64,000 nt of DNA, taken from positions 104,782,001-104,846,000 of the forward strand of contig NC_058373.1 of the NCBI RefSeq assembly GCF_018350175.1, given 5' to 3'. Positions 48,491 to 59,908 of the stretch are shown one piece after another. This DNA comes from Felis catus. Its lineage: Eukaryota. Position numbers and translations under genes: made by a program. The stretch's first letter is position 1. Every line of letters starts with the position of its first letter. The notes under the pieces are model-generated. The model was not told the origin of the DNA and made no database searches. It saw nothing but the letters and a program-made list of their open reading frames with translations.

Positions 48491-50178
48491 CCAGGCTGGG
48501 AAGAAGGCAGTTCTCCTGCCGGGAGATCGGTTTGCATAGTCATGTAAACTGAATATTAAAAGAGACATGACCTCATTCCTACCCTAAAATGATGGGTCGG
48601 ATAGAGTATAGCATGAACAAACACAGAGCACTGGAGGAATGTTGCACGTGTTAATTTTCTGTGTCCATCCTTTCATCTCTTATGGGGATGCCTTCGCATC
48701 ACGCTTTTGTTACTGACAGCAGTAAATCAAACTTCCCTGTTCACACATTTCTAACCCCAAGTGAATACATTCAAAGACTGAACTTCAGCAAGACTGCGTG
48801 GTTTGAAAAAATTAAATTTGAAATAATAAACTTGCTACTAAGTTATATTACAGCCCACTTAAGAAAGTCAAAGCATGTCCATACTGGGTTCCTTTGTCAG
48901 CCATCTCAGCGACTTTTTATAAATTATAACCAAGGAACAAATTTATAGTATTACCTGCAAAGGTTTTTCAAGGTCTCCAGTTGCCTTTTTTTTTTTTTTG
49001 TCAACTCAGACATTGACTTCTGCTGCATGTCAAGTGTGCTTTTCCTGGGCTTCCACACCTGTCAATCATTCTGAGTCCTTAATTAGGGCTCTTCCAAGGA
49101 GAGGGTGACATCCCAGGGAGTGATGCTTCCACATGGCTCCTCGCCCTCTTTTCCAAATTAAAAACCATGTCAGCAGACACGGTCAAAAGAGGCACTTGCT
49201 ACTTCTTGGGGACATATTTTCAAGGGTAGGTTTTTAAAGTGTGGGTAGGGGAGATGGAGTGAGCTTTGGGAATGCTGAGTCGTAGGAAGCAGGGCAGTAG
49301 AAACTTGCTGTGCTGACAAAATGGCGTCCAGAGCCCCACTCCAGCCAACAGCAGTGAAGTGTTGTTCTGATGATTTTGTGTGGCTGAAAAATTATAGGTG
49401 ATGCCTCCTGAAAAGTACGACTCGGCAAAAACAGAGCTGGACACTGCTGAAAGGGCTTCCCAGCACCAGCTGTGTCCGCAGCTGCTCAGCTTCCCAACTT
49501 CCCTGATGAACCAGCATTCTTGTTTGGGGCAAGGATTTTTCCACGTTGCCTCTGATTCAGAAAAGCCAGTGGGATCGAAGGGCAGGGATGTGAGCAGAAA
49601 GAAGAAAAGGGCAGGTGGGGCTATCCAGATAGGGAGAGAAGGGTTTGTCGTAGGAGGAACATGATGCTAGGACCCAGAAGAGGTAGCCTGCTTTCTTACT
49701 GGAACAGTAACCTTGTTTCTGGAGGAACCACTGGCTACTAAAAACGTCAAAGCATTGGATGCCACCCCAGAAGGGTGTGGCTCTTGCCCCATCAAGTCTT
49801 TTTGGGACCCTAATTCAATTGGCCTCACTTCTCTCTCCATTTATGGGAAATAGGTGGGTCCCAACCCTCATTCCTGCTGCAACAGGCCCTACTCAACAAC
49901 TCAGTTTCCCACACTGCTGTGACTTTGCCCCCCGAACACCAGAGGTTCTTGCTGCTCAGGCCCTGTTCTCATGGGCAGGATGGGAGGGCCACCCGTCTTC
50001 CTGCCTTGGCATCCCGGTGGCTCCTGCCTCTTTGCCACTCTGCCTCTGAACTTTAGACTCACAGATATTTCTACCCGAGATTTGTGTTCCCAGCAAATGT
50101 GACAATATTCTCTCTCTCTCTCTTTTTAACTATCTGGATATAGTAAGTGATGAGTACATATTGATTAGCTTTCCCTTC

Positions 50179-50392
50179 TTTATTTTTTTGAATGTTTTTT
50201 ATTTTTGAGAGAGAGAGAGAGACAGAGCATGAGTGGGGAGGGGCAGAGAGAGAGGGAGACACAGAATCCGAAGCAGGCTCCAGGCTCTGAGCTGGCAGCA
50301 CAGAGCCCGACGTGGGGCTTGAACTCACAAGCTGTGAGATCACGACCTCAGCCAAAGTTGGACGCTTAACCGACTGAGCCACCCAGGTGCCC
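50179..50392 (-). mobile_element. Can-SINE (possibly with 3' transduced segment 50113-50178)
   Basis: Reverse SINE ending CCACCCAGGTGCCC. The apparent TSD partner is displaced to 50100-50112. Confidence 0.96.
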
Positions 50393-50447
50393 TGACAGTA
50401 CTCTCAATCTTAGATGTCCTACAATCGTATTGGGGTCCTCAAACACT

Positions 50448-50562
50448 AGGGTGGCCATATCATTTACGTTTTTGAGAATGAAGGGGCACTATTATTAGCA
50501 TGCCAAGACAACAGGCATAACCTGGGACTGTCTCAGACAAACTGGACATATGTTTATTCTCC
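50448..50562. mobile_element. MER94-like hAT fossil
   Basis: AGGGTGGCCATAT…TTTTGAGAATGAAGGGGCACTATTA…CTGGGACTGTCTCAGACAAACTGGACATATG. Confidence 0.65.
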
Positions 50563-50690
50563 CAAAAACCAGTCACTCTAAGCTTTGAGATTTATAACCA
50601 TCTCTGTGGGGAAGCAAGCTTTTCATGAGCCAGTGGGGGCAATTTAGGGGTCATCTCCTTGGGGTACACACTTTGTCCACTTTATTGGGC

Positions 50691-50882
50691 TTTATTCTTT
50701 TTTTTTTTCTTTTGAGAGGTGGCAAGCAGCAGAGGGAGAGGGAGGGAGAGAATCCCAAGCAGGCTCCACACTGTCATCATGGAGCCCAACAACATAGGGC
50801 TCAATCCCACAAAGTGTGAGATCATGACCTGAGCCAAAATCAAGAGTCAGACACTTAACCCACTGAGCCACCCGGGCGCCCC
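50691..50882 (-). mobile_element. Can-SINE, older subfamily
   Basis: GAGAATCCCAAGCAGGCTCCACACTG…AAATCAAGAGTCAGAC…CACCCGGGCGCCCC. Confidence 0.93.
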
Positions 50883-51873
50883 TATATGGGTTTCTTTTGA
50901 AATTTCTTCATAACTAAGGCAAGTGCGTGTGGGAGGAGGGGTGGGCAGGGATTCACAAGTGATAGGCTTGTGAATGTTTTTTAACACGGAGAACACAAAG
51001 TCCACAAGCATTGTTTCCAGAGCTTAATGAAGCAAAAATTCAAAACAGAGTTTCTGTTATGGTTTCAGCTGTCTAAAAGCCATGTAGTCATACAACGAGG
51101 ACCAGAAGGGAAGAGAAAAAATGAAATATTCAGAGTATAGGTGTGCCCGGATGGAGAAGATGGCTTTCTCTATTTCCTTTTCTCCTATTACAAGCAGCTA
51201 TAAAGCGGAGAATAATTCAACGGAATGAAGCACTCTCAAACACTAGGCACTTCAAAAAGAAAAGAATTCCACTTATGCAGCAAAGACGGGCCCTATAGCA
51301 GATGCTCCTGGCTCCTCCTGGGCCATGGCTCAGCCGTGGGCACAGCATCTTTCCCATGCAAGCGAGAGCCAGAACAAAGCAGGACTGGGTCTCAGGGACA
51401 CATTCTGGCCGTGGGATAGTGACACCACCAGAGCCTCCCAGTGTGTGACTAGAGGCAGGTCCCATGTCAGCGCTGCTTGCCGGAGCCAGACCAGCGTCTC
51501 CTTGTCTCTCTTGAGGCTCTCCCACCAGAAGGCAAGGACTGAACCCTCGTGGCTCTATTTCCTTGTAGGATCGGGCAGAGCCATTATTCAGTCTTAGGTT
51601 GGGAGAAACATTTAATCTCTTAAAACCTTCTCCGGCTGAAACCTTCTCCCACTGAGCTTGACAAGTGTAATTCTTGATTCATGATACATCTTGGGTCAAA
51701 CTGCAGTCACTCTCCGAATGCTGGCCTGGACTTTATTTGAGGGTGAAGATGAACAGTTGAAATTTCTGTGACCTTTTCCATGGAAACCCACATGGAACTT
51801 TGTGGGCTGGGAAAGCCTCTGTGTCCTTCCACAGGTATCTGTGTTTTCAGGTTCTTTAAAAATGTAGATAAGA

Positions 51874-52090
51874 GGGGCACCTGGGTGGCTCAGTCGGTTA
51901 AGTGTCCGACTTCAGCTCAGGTCATGATCCCGTGCTTTGTGGGCTCGAGCCCCACGTGGGGCTCTGTGCTGACAGCTCACAGCCTGGAGCCTGCTTCGGA
52001 TTCTGTGTCTCCCTCTCTCTGCCCCTCCCCTGCTTGCACTCTGTCTGTCTGTCTCCCAAAAATAAATACACATTAAAAAAATTTTTTTAA
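51874..52090 (+). mobile_element. Can-SINE
   Basis: Standard head, body and tail, with AGATAAGA on both flanks. Confidence 0.96.
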
Positions 52091-52099
52091 AGAGAGATA

Positions 52100-52350
52100 A
52101 GAAATGATAGGTGTACCAGGTACCAAGCAATCTCATACATGATCTTGTTTAGTCCTCCCCCTAGGACACCATGCCCTCCATTCTCCATCTACTCCAACTC
52201 CTACACTACTACCAGCTGCTGAGCTCTGTGGGGGAAAAGGTACAATAATTATCTTCACTTCACAGATGAGGAAGGAGGCGCCTGGATGAAGAAACTTGCC
52301 CAGGTCACAATCAGGATTGGGCACGAGGTCTGTGGACTCGTCAGCCATAT
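52100..52350 (-). mobile_element. MIR
   Basis: ATTATCTTCACTTCACAGATGAGGAAG…AACTTGCCCAGGTCACA. Confidence 0.65.
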
Positions 52351-53079
52351 GCTTATATCGCCTTGAGTAAAATATCTGTGGTTGATCACTGGATTGTTTA
52401 AGCTAAGGTTTTCTTTTTTAGCTGTTTGTTCTAACCTCCAGAAACTCTAGATCTGGAAGAGACTGAGAGCTGATTTTTGTACGTCTCCTTTCTTTAAAGA
52501 AGAAACTGTCATCTCTGAACCCTTGGATTAATTCAGGTCTGAAAGAGCGAAGTATTATGCTTAGCCAGGTCAGCTTCTGGGCTCAGCCTGGGGACAGTGA
52601 GGGAGGGGGGAGAGTCCCTTTCCAACACAAAAGAAATGTGAGAACATTTGTGCTGGGCAGCTCAAAGCCATAGCTGCTTGTGTCTATGGGTTAGGCCAGT
52701 CCCAGAATCTCCATGAACACACCAATTTGTTATTTCTTGGGGAAGGAAAGTGATTATCTATCCCCACCCCTGGGACTGCTCACCCCACAGAATTTGAATC
52801 TATAAATAAAACTGGTCACCTCCATCAGACAGGCTAAGCCTCATCTAGCTTGACATATTAAATATCAACAAGGCTAAAAAAAAAGTGTGAGGAAGGCTAC
52901 TGCCAACCCTCTGATTCAGCGTGTTACTCACCAGCCGTGACTAGGCATCTATGGGCCGCTGAGTATGATCCCTCTTGGGTTATTCTGCAGCAAGGACCAA
53001 GAGGGTAGAGCCTCAGGGAATCAGGATTACAGCCCACAAAAGAAGCGTCTCTCCCTGCAGCCCGGTGGTTACCTTTAAC

Positions 53080-53265
53080 ATCATAATAATAGCTAACAAC
53101 ACCGAGCATGGCTCACGGGCCAGACAAGGGAGCTCCAAACTCACATGCGCCATCTCATTTAAAATTTACCATGTGAGGTACCTGCCATTACTATCAGCAT
53201 CCCCATTCTACAGATGAGAACACGAAGGCTCGTTGAAGCTGGGCTGGTAACACTGAGTTTGACTC
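53080..53265 (-). mobile_element. MIR
   Basis: ATAATAATAGCTAACAACACCGAGCA…CATCCCCATTCTACAGATGAGAACACGAAGGCTC. Confidence 0.7.
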
Positions 53266-53289
53266 TCCGTATCTGTTCTGTTCCCTTCC

Positions 53290-53735
53290 CTACACTGCTT
53301 TGTGTCCCTGGGAGACTGGCCTCTGTGACTTGTATCAACAGGGCCTCTTTGCCCTGTGGTCCAGATGAGTTGGGCCAATGGGAGGAAGTGGCTTGAAGAA
53401 CAGTGTAGGCATTTCACAAACCCCCCCACCCCCCTCCTCCTTCGTGTGGGGCCAGTTCTGGCGGTGGCTGTTTTCCTCTTCCAGGGCCACAGTTCCGGCC
53501 CAGGGGGCCCCGCAACACTACAGCCCTTCCCAGGGTGCAGGTAACTCTGTTCCTTCCTCTTGTCCCTTCAGGGAGAAAGGTGACAATGGTTTCCTCTGCG
53601 GCTAGTCCTTGGGGGTTCTACTGTCCCTCGCTGGTTACCCTGACCTTCCTACACCTCTGAAAACAATCCTTGTTAAACCCTTCGCTTAAATTCCTTGAGT
53701 GTGCTATCTCTTTCCTGCCAGGACCCTGGCTGAGG
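53290..53735 (+). mobile_element. ERVL-class LTR (LTR33-like)
   Basis: TGTGTCCCTGGGAGACTGGCCTCTGTG…TTGGGCCAATGGGAGG…TTGAGTGTGCTATCTCTTTCCTGCCAGGACCCTG. Confidence 0.7.
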
Positions 53736-54607
53736 CAGAAACTAAATTTCTTGCTCAAGTTAGCACAACTAAATATGGTAAAGCAGGGATTAGGAAGCTT
53801 GGCAGCTGACTCCAGAATTCACATTTTAAACCACTATCTCCTTTGCCTAAAGCACCAGATAAGGCCGCCAATGGCAGGGAAGAGAGTCCAGCTCCTGATT
53901 TCAAATCCACAGTCCTTTCCCAGACACTGCCCCTTAGGCAAACATGGTTCATAGTCAGGGCTATGTCCCCGACCCCACTTCCTCCCCAGACTGTCAAAGT
54001 CACCCCCCCCCCCTTCCCCAGAATGGCCAGGGCCACAGCGAGGATGAGGATGACGTATCCAGAGCGCAGCAGGGGAAGCGTTTCTCTCAGCCAGGCCACG
54101 CCCATTCTCTCACGGCCCCAGCAGGCAGCCAAACCCATCACCCTGTGGGATGTAGGTAAGCCTACTGCACACTGCTGGCCCCTCTGCTGTCCTCCCCTTC
54201 CCCCCACCCCCCACCCCGGGGAAGTCCAAAGGGACTTGGTGGGTTCCGCTTCTGCCCCTATCTTTGAACCGCTGCTTCGGCTGAAACATCTCACCTTCTG
54301 CCTCCACTCTCCACCCATACTCCAGCTAGTGTTTGGGTCACATTAGCCCAAATGTGTAACGTAGTCCTGTGCTTGATTTCACGAACACTTTCCGCAGGGC
54401 CTGTGTATATTTAATGGACTTTTCAAGGAAGCAATGCCAACAACTTCAATCAAACACTGAACATCCTTATCTTTAAAGGAACTTTAGACACTGTAGCACC
54501 CTGGATTTGTCACCGGTTGTTTCTCCCCACACAGAACCCAACTTTCCCTCTTCTCTCCTGCCCTTCTCTGCCTTTTCTCCTCTTTTCAAGAATAAAAAGC
54601 AAAGTTA

Positions 54608-54816
54608 GGGGCGCTGCAGTGGCTCAGTTGGTTGAGCATCGGACTCTTGGTGTCAGCTCAGGTCATGACCTCACAGTTCGTGAGTTCGAGCCCCACGTCG
54701 GGCTTCACGCTGGCAGTGTGGAGACTGCTTGGAATTCTGTCTCTCTCCCTCTCTCTCTCCCCCCCTCCCCCGCTTGCTCTCTATCAAAATAAATAAATAA
54801 ATAAACTTAAAAAAAA
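54608..54816 (+). mobile_element. Can-SINE, older subfamily
   Basis: GGGGCGCTGCAGTGGCTCAG head; TSD AAAGTTAG. Confidence 0.94.
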
Positions 54817-55253
54817 AAAGTTAGTGGTTTAATTGGCTTCTTTCTTGCTTTGGCTCCTGCACCCTCTTCAGCACAGAGACGTTCTTTAAAGCTTTTAACA
54901 AAGCTCCCTCCGTAAGAAAAATTCTGGGAGCAGCTGCCAGGTCAGTAGTCACTATGTTGCACATCAAGGTAGATGGCCACCTCTAGGGTGCAAGTGGAAG
55001 CCACTTTCCTGCACTGTGCAGATCAGAAGTCTGGAGAAAGATGTGCATGATTTCACTGCAAGCAGAGAGAGTGAACTGGGAAGCATCTGAAGGTGCAAAA
55101 CAGCAAGGAGACTGGTAGAAAGCAAAGAGCCCAGGATTCAGCCCAGAGAACTTGCTAGGGCCTGTCTCTTCCACTAACTAGCTCTCTTCCAGCCAGCTAT
55201 GTCCTCTGTCCAGGATTTCATTCCTACTAAATTTGAGAACCCATCTACTAAAT

Positions 55254-55439
55254 CAGTGGTTCTCAAAGTGTGGCTCTCAGACCAGCAGCATCAGCACCTC
55301 CTGGGAACTTGTTAGAAATGCAGGTTCTCGGGTCCCACCCAGACCTACTAGATGAGAAAGTCAGAGGGTAAAACTCAGTCATCTCTGGTCTGAGAAGCCT
55401 TCCAGATGATTTCAATGCACACTAGTTTAAGAGCTATTG
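55254..55439. mobile_element. MER5A
   Basis: CAGTGGTTCTCAAAGTGTGG…ACCAGCAGCATCAGCACCTCCTGGGAACTTGTTAGAAATGCAG…CCCAGACCTACT. Confidence 0.88.
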
Positions 55440-55589
55440 TTCTCAAATATTGTTCTAGATATTCTCTGAATATTGTTCTAAAGCTGTTCTCTCACGAACC
55501 TGCTTGTATGATACCATTTGATGGCCAATTTTCTCCACCAGATATTTCAAAGCCCTTTATTCCCCTTCCCCGAAACGTTAAGTTCTTAA

Positions 55590-56110
55590 GACATTTGCAC
55601 CTGTTGTTCTCTCTGCCTTGAATGCCCTTCCCAGTGGCTTCTTCACCTCTCTTAGGTGACCTCACTATACAAAACAAGGGCCTCCTAATATTCTTTATCC
55701 TGGCACATCATGCATTTCCTTTATAATATCAGTTACCTTCTATTATCATTTCAGTTGCATATTTTTTGTCTCTCTCTCCCCGCTAAAATGTGAGCTCATG
55801 AAATAGGGACCATATCTACCTTATCTGCTGCATCCCCAGAATTTAACAGTGTGCCCAGCATGGCTAGAACTATCCAGCAGAACTTTCTGTGATGATGGAA
55901 ATGTTCTATACCCACTCTATCCAATATGGTAGCCACTAGACACGGGTGGCTACTTAGCATTTGAGTAAGGCTAGTATGACTGAGAAACTGAATTTTAATT
56001 TTTATTATAATCTATTTAAATTTCAGTAGCCATGTGCAGCTACTTTCTACCATAGTGAACAGCTCTAGGCACCAAAAAAATAAAACTGTGTCAAATAGAC
56101 GAATGAATCT
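55590..56110 (+). mobile_element. L2 3' end interrupted by MER3
   Basis: TTTGCACCTGTTGTTCTCTCTGCCTTGAATGCCCTTCCC…TGTGAGCTCATGAAATAGGGACCAT…ACAGTGTGCCCAGCA [MER3] …GAATGAAT. Confidence 0.7.
55867..56064. mobile_element. MER3 (hAT-Charlie)
   Basis: TCCAGCAGAACTTTCTGTGATGATGGAAATGTTCTATA…TCCAATATGGTAGCCACTAG…GACTGAGAAACTGAATTTTAATTT. Confidence 0.88.
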
Positions 56111-56330
56111 GTTATCGAAAGCACCAAGAATGTTATTAAAACTTTTGTCATTGATTTGCAAAAATACTCTCGTTGACTTTGATTCCTACAACTAAAATTT
56201 GTGTTCCGTGCTACTTTAGGTAGAAACTGTCTTCTTCGTTTCAAAGAAATTACTTTCAAGTTATCACCAGCAATCTGGTAGAACCTTTTAGATGAGAGTG
56301 GGGAGGAAAAGGTAGAAACTAGGCATGTTA

Positions 56331-56393
56331 TTTTTTTTTAATATATGAAATTTATTGTCAAATTGGTTTCCATACAACACCCAGTGCTCATCC
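56331..56393 (-). mobile_element. 63-bp felid L1 3' terminus insertion
   Basis: Same text as 38874-38925. Perfect 16-bp TSD GAAACTAGGCATGTTA at 56315-56330 and 56394-56409. Confidence 0.92.
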
Positions 56394-56654
56394 GAAACTA
56401 GGCATGTTAAATTGACCTTGATGCTAAAACTGAGTCATTCCCCTCCTAAGAGCTATGTGGTGAGGGACTAGAAGGAATGATCAGTGATCTCTTTCTACCT
56501 TTGATGGACTCATGCATATAGCCCTAGCAAGGCTACCTATAAACTCTAAAACTACTGAGGATAGAGGAAACCGGGGCTTCTCTTTGGCAGAGAAAATATG
56601 ATAAGGGGGGAATAGAAAGAATACGATCAAAAGTACTTGGGTTACAACACATTT

Positions 56655-56730
56655 TAGAAAGTCACTTAACCTCTCTAAGCCTCCACCTCCTGCTCTATAA
56701 AATGGATATAATAGTGCCCACCTCACGTGG
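56655..56730 (+). mobile_element. MIR core
   Basis: AAGTCACTTAACCTCTCTAAGCCTC…TATAAAATGGATATAATAGTGCCCACCTCAC. Confidence 0.65.
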
Positions 56731-57307
56731 CTAAATACGTCACATTCTTGGTGCGCAGTGTGCCTATGTTCCTTTCTTTCGTGGCCAAAAACGTAACAAA
56801 TCCCAGGAGAAATCCATCTGCTGGAAACGTTTTTTCTTCCTCTCTCTCTCTGAAATACTCCCACCCTCTGTACCTTTTGAACATAGTCGGCCTTCAACTA
56901 ACCTTATTCTAACCGTTTCCATTTTGCTTTGTCTTCAAGACTCAGGTATATAATTTTACAATTTGGGGAATATTCATCATTATTTTGGTTAGTGCTGGAT
57001 GGTTGGACATACTGTGAAATCCCCTTTATCACATGTCCTGGAATATATCCACAGCCCAAACTTCCTTTTCTTTAAAATAAAGGAGTTGAGCTAAAAATGA
57101 GATCCAAGGATACTTTCAGCTCTAAAATTGCTATATCCTCTGGTTACAGAGTTTCTAACAAGGAAGCATGTGGCCTAAATGTGTCATCTTCATTATTAGA
57201 GATATCATAGTACTAAATGGGCTCTGATGTCCTGAAATACTCCTGCAGTTTAATAGCAGATCAGTTTCTTCCTCTGCTTTGTACCTACAACTTGCCGACT
57301 TTCTCTT

Positions 57308-58860
57308 GCTGTCTTCATCTGGGCTCTCCCCCAAACAGAACCTGAGACAAAGTCTTAAATGAAGCAGTTTGTTTGAAAATGGGATCTCAAGGAATAGGAG
57401 TGTAGGGCAGAGGAGTGAAAATAGAGGAGGCACAGGATTATCAAGGATACATTAAACAGGTTGGCCACTGTTACAGGTGACTAGCTGCCTCTCCTACCAG
57501 ATCTCCAAGGAACCCTGAAAATTGTAACCCCCAAAAAGAAAAGCACTTATCCATCAACTCTCATCCTTACTGGCCAAAGATGGCCTTACAGATGTCAATT
57601 TCCTCACACATGTGAGTTGCACATGACAGCATGGATCTGGTTCCCAGGGTGTGGTGCCAGAACACTCCAGCATCAGATAAATGAGAGGGCCAAGCATAAG
57701 GCTCATCCTTGTCAAGCTGCACTGTGCAAAGGCCCAGCAACCACAAAGGCATGAGCAGGAAGACTTAGAGTATGGCACAGAAGGTGGCGGACACAAGCCA
57801 TTTCTCATACTTGTCTGTGCCCCTCTTTATATTCACTCTGTCACAGTCCCCTTCAAGCTGGCAGCCAGCCATAATCTCTGCAAAAAAGGTTGCTGCTGTT
57901 ACATCTTCCTTCTCCATCTCCCATCTAGATTCCTCCCACCTTTGGCCAGCATCCTGGCTGGTCTAGTTGCTTGCTTGGAGGGTGACCCTGAAGATAAGAA
58001 TTTCAGCGCAATATGCAGATGAGTCTCCTAAAACACTTCCATAAAGGCATTTTCTGGCTTTCAGAAGATTCCTTGTGTTGACACGTGACTGACCTGACCC
58101 AATCATTTTCTTCATTTTCTTTTTTCAAAGCTTCTAAGGTAGTCTAAAAACACCAGCCAACTCAATCCTTACAATTACCATAGTTTCCATAGTGCTTAGG
58201 GACCACAGCTACCACACAACCTTATACTTTGCCTTCTGCTTGCACCCCATACCAACTCACCACGGGTAAGAGTCTCAGTACTTGAGATGCAGCTGACCAG
58301 GTAGCACCACCCCGCCTACCACCAACAATGGGGTCCTTATCACCTGTGGCGGGTGAGGGATCACACTCCAGAATTTCAGTCCCAACTCATGTAGCCTGGG
58401 TTCCCTAAAAGCAAAGCCTGAGACAAAATTTTGCATACAGGCTGGAGTGAAACAGAGAAGGAAGAAACACAACACATGGATGGGTTCTCAAGGCACACTA
58501 CAATGGACAGCCCAGGGCTCCTTCCTAAGAAACATGCTGAGAGGCCTCGTGAATGAATCTGAGAACCGGCCATTTGAGCAACCCATCTGCTTCCATCTCC
58601 ATAGATTAATGCCCACAGGATTAGCGCCCCTGTGTTTCCAGGTTGTACACATGTGAGGGCAGAGCATGGCCCCACAGCGATCCATACTGTGACACCAGAG
58701 CAGACTGGGGAAGACATAGAGGTAGGCGGTGCATGCTAGAAATGAGGTACTGTCGGGTTGCACCTTTGCCAACTGGTGGAGCCTGTGCAGAACTGATGGC
58801 TGCTGCACTGGCTGAAATAAAAGCTAGGATTTGGAGTGACACAAGGGGTGTCTGATACAC
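57308..58860 (-). mobile_element. Collapsed ERVL-class provirus remnant: LTR16-like LTR (about 58389-58860), gag and internal remnants, second LTR (about 57308-57790)
   Basis: Both LTRs share CTGGG…CCTGAGACAAA and GGAGTGAAA-AGAG-AGG. LTR start TGTATCAGACACCCCTTGTG on the minus strand. Minus-strand TATGGAAACTATGGTAATTGTAAGGATTGAGTTGGCTGG (YGNYGNCKD*VGW) resembles ERVL gag. Confidence 0.6.
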
Positions 58861-58868
58861 TCCCTCCT

Positions 58869-58998
58869 AGATGGCCTTAGGTCCCAGTTTGCCCAGGACA
58901 ATACCAGTTTATGCCGATTGTCCCACTGTAATTATTAATAGTATCTCCTTTCACTCTCAGATGTGTCCCACTTCAGATCATAAAAATATTGTCACTTC
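58869..58998. mobile_element. MER94-like hAT fossil, opposite orientation to the 50448 copy
   Basis: GTCCCAGTTTGCCCAGGACAATACCAGTTTATGCC…AATTATTAATAG…CCTTTCACTCTCAGATGTGTCCC. Confidence 0.7.
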
Positions 58999-58999
58999 G

Positions 59000-59004
<5 letters not shown>

Positions 59005-59038
<34 letters not shown>
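59005..59038 (+). repeat. (AC)17 microsatellite
   Basis: Perfect dinucleotide run. Confidence 0.97.
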
Positions 59039-59040
<2 letters not shown>

Positions 59041-59789
59041 TGAGAAGCACACACACAAATATTCCCACCAGAATTATAGTTTCATAGTTGTTGTTTCTTC
59101 TTGTTTTTTTTTTTTCATATTTTTCTACTGCCCTCTGAGGAAATGTCTCTGGATAGAATACACTTTCTTTATTGAGGCAAATGAAGAATGCACCCAAAGA
59201 AACCACCTTCTGCTAATTCTTTAGCCAAGGAACAGATCCTATGCCACACAGATTGTACTTTAATATACTTAATTGAACAAAGTGCTGCACTGCATAAATG
59301 CAACCTGAATGAGAAGTCTCTTTAGGGATAGAAAAATCATGTTAGCAATGTCAAGTACCAGAACTATACATAAGAGCCTTGTGGATCTAGAAACCAATAG
59401 TGTATGAACATAGCACACTCTCAACTTTTAAAATGCGGCTGTTATAATACGACAGATTTTCTAATGACGTAAGTTTCACAACACAATTATTCCTTTTGGT
59501 TGTATTTCAGAACCAAACACAAGTATTTGTAAACTATAAAATTATTTCAGATTTCGGTAATAAATTTGAATTTCCTGCTAAGGAATTGCAAACTAGTTCT
59601 CCAGTAAATGATAGAAGCTAACTCCAAACCATTTTTGCATAATTGGATTGTCTGTTGAACACTATCTATTGAAGCAAGGTGTTTATATGGCCACAGGTAT
59701 TCATTCAATGATTTCCAGATGTAATTCAATATGTAGTCTTCTTCTTTCTGGGCTTCTCACCTTGGAGCCCCTGGGAGATAGGTTATCTG

Positions 59790-59908
59790 CCTGGCATAGA
59801 TTGAATGTTTCTGTGTCTCCCCCTCCTCTCCAATATGCATATGTTGAATCTCTTACTCCTGGTATGATGCTATTTGGAAGTGGGGGCTTTAGAAAGCAAT
59901 TTGGTTCC
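59790..59908 (+). mobile_element. MaLR LTR 5' part (MLT1A/MST-like), cut by the L1 insertion
   Basis: GATTGAATGTTTCTGTGTCTCCCC…CATATGTTGAATC…TATTTGGAAGTGGGGGCTTT. Confidence 0.7.

Noticed and set aside
52926..52995. Minus-strand 53-nt exon-like segment ending in GTGAGT
   Set aside because: The acceptor is weak and the peptide unrecognised; consistent with chance.
53755..54318. 187-aa minus-strand ORF with hydrophobic stretch YVILILAVALAILG
   Set aside because: GC-rich sequence open in several frames, with no recognisable homology. The region is kept only as a + strand exon or regulatory candidate.
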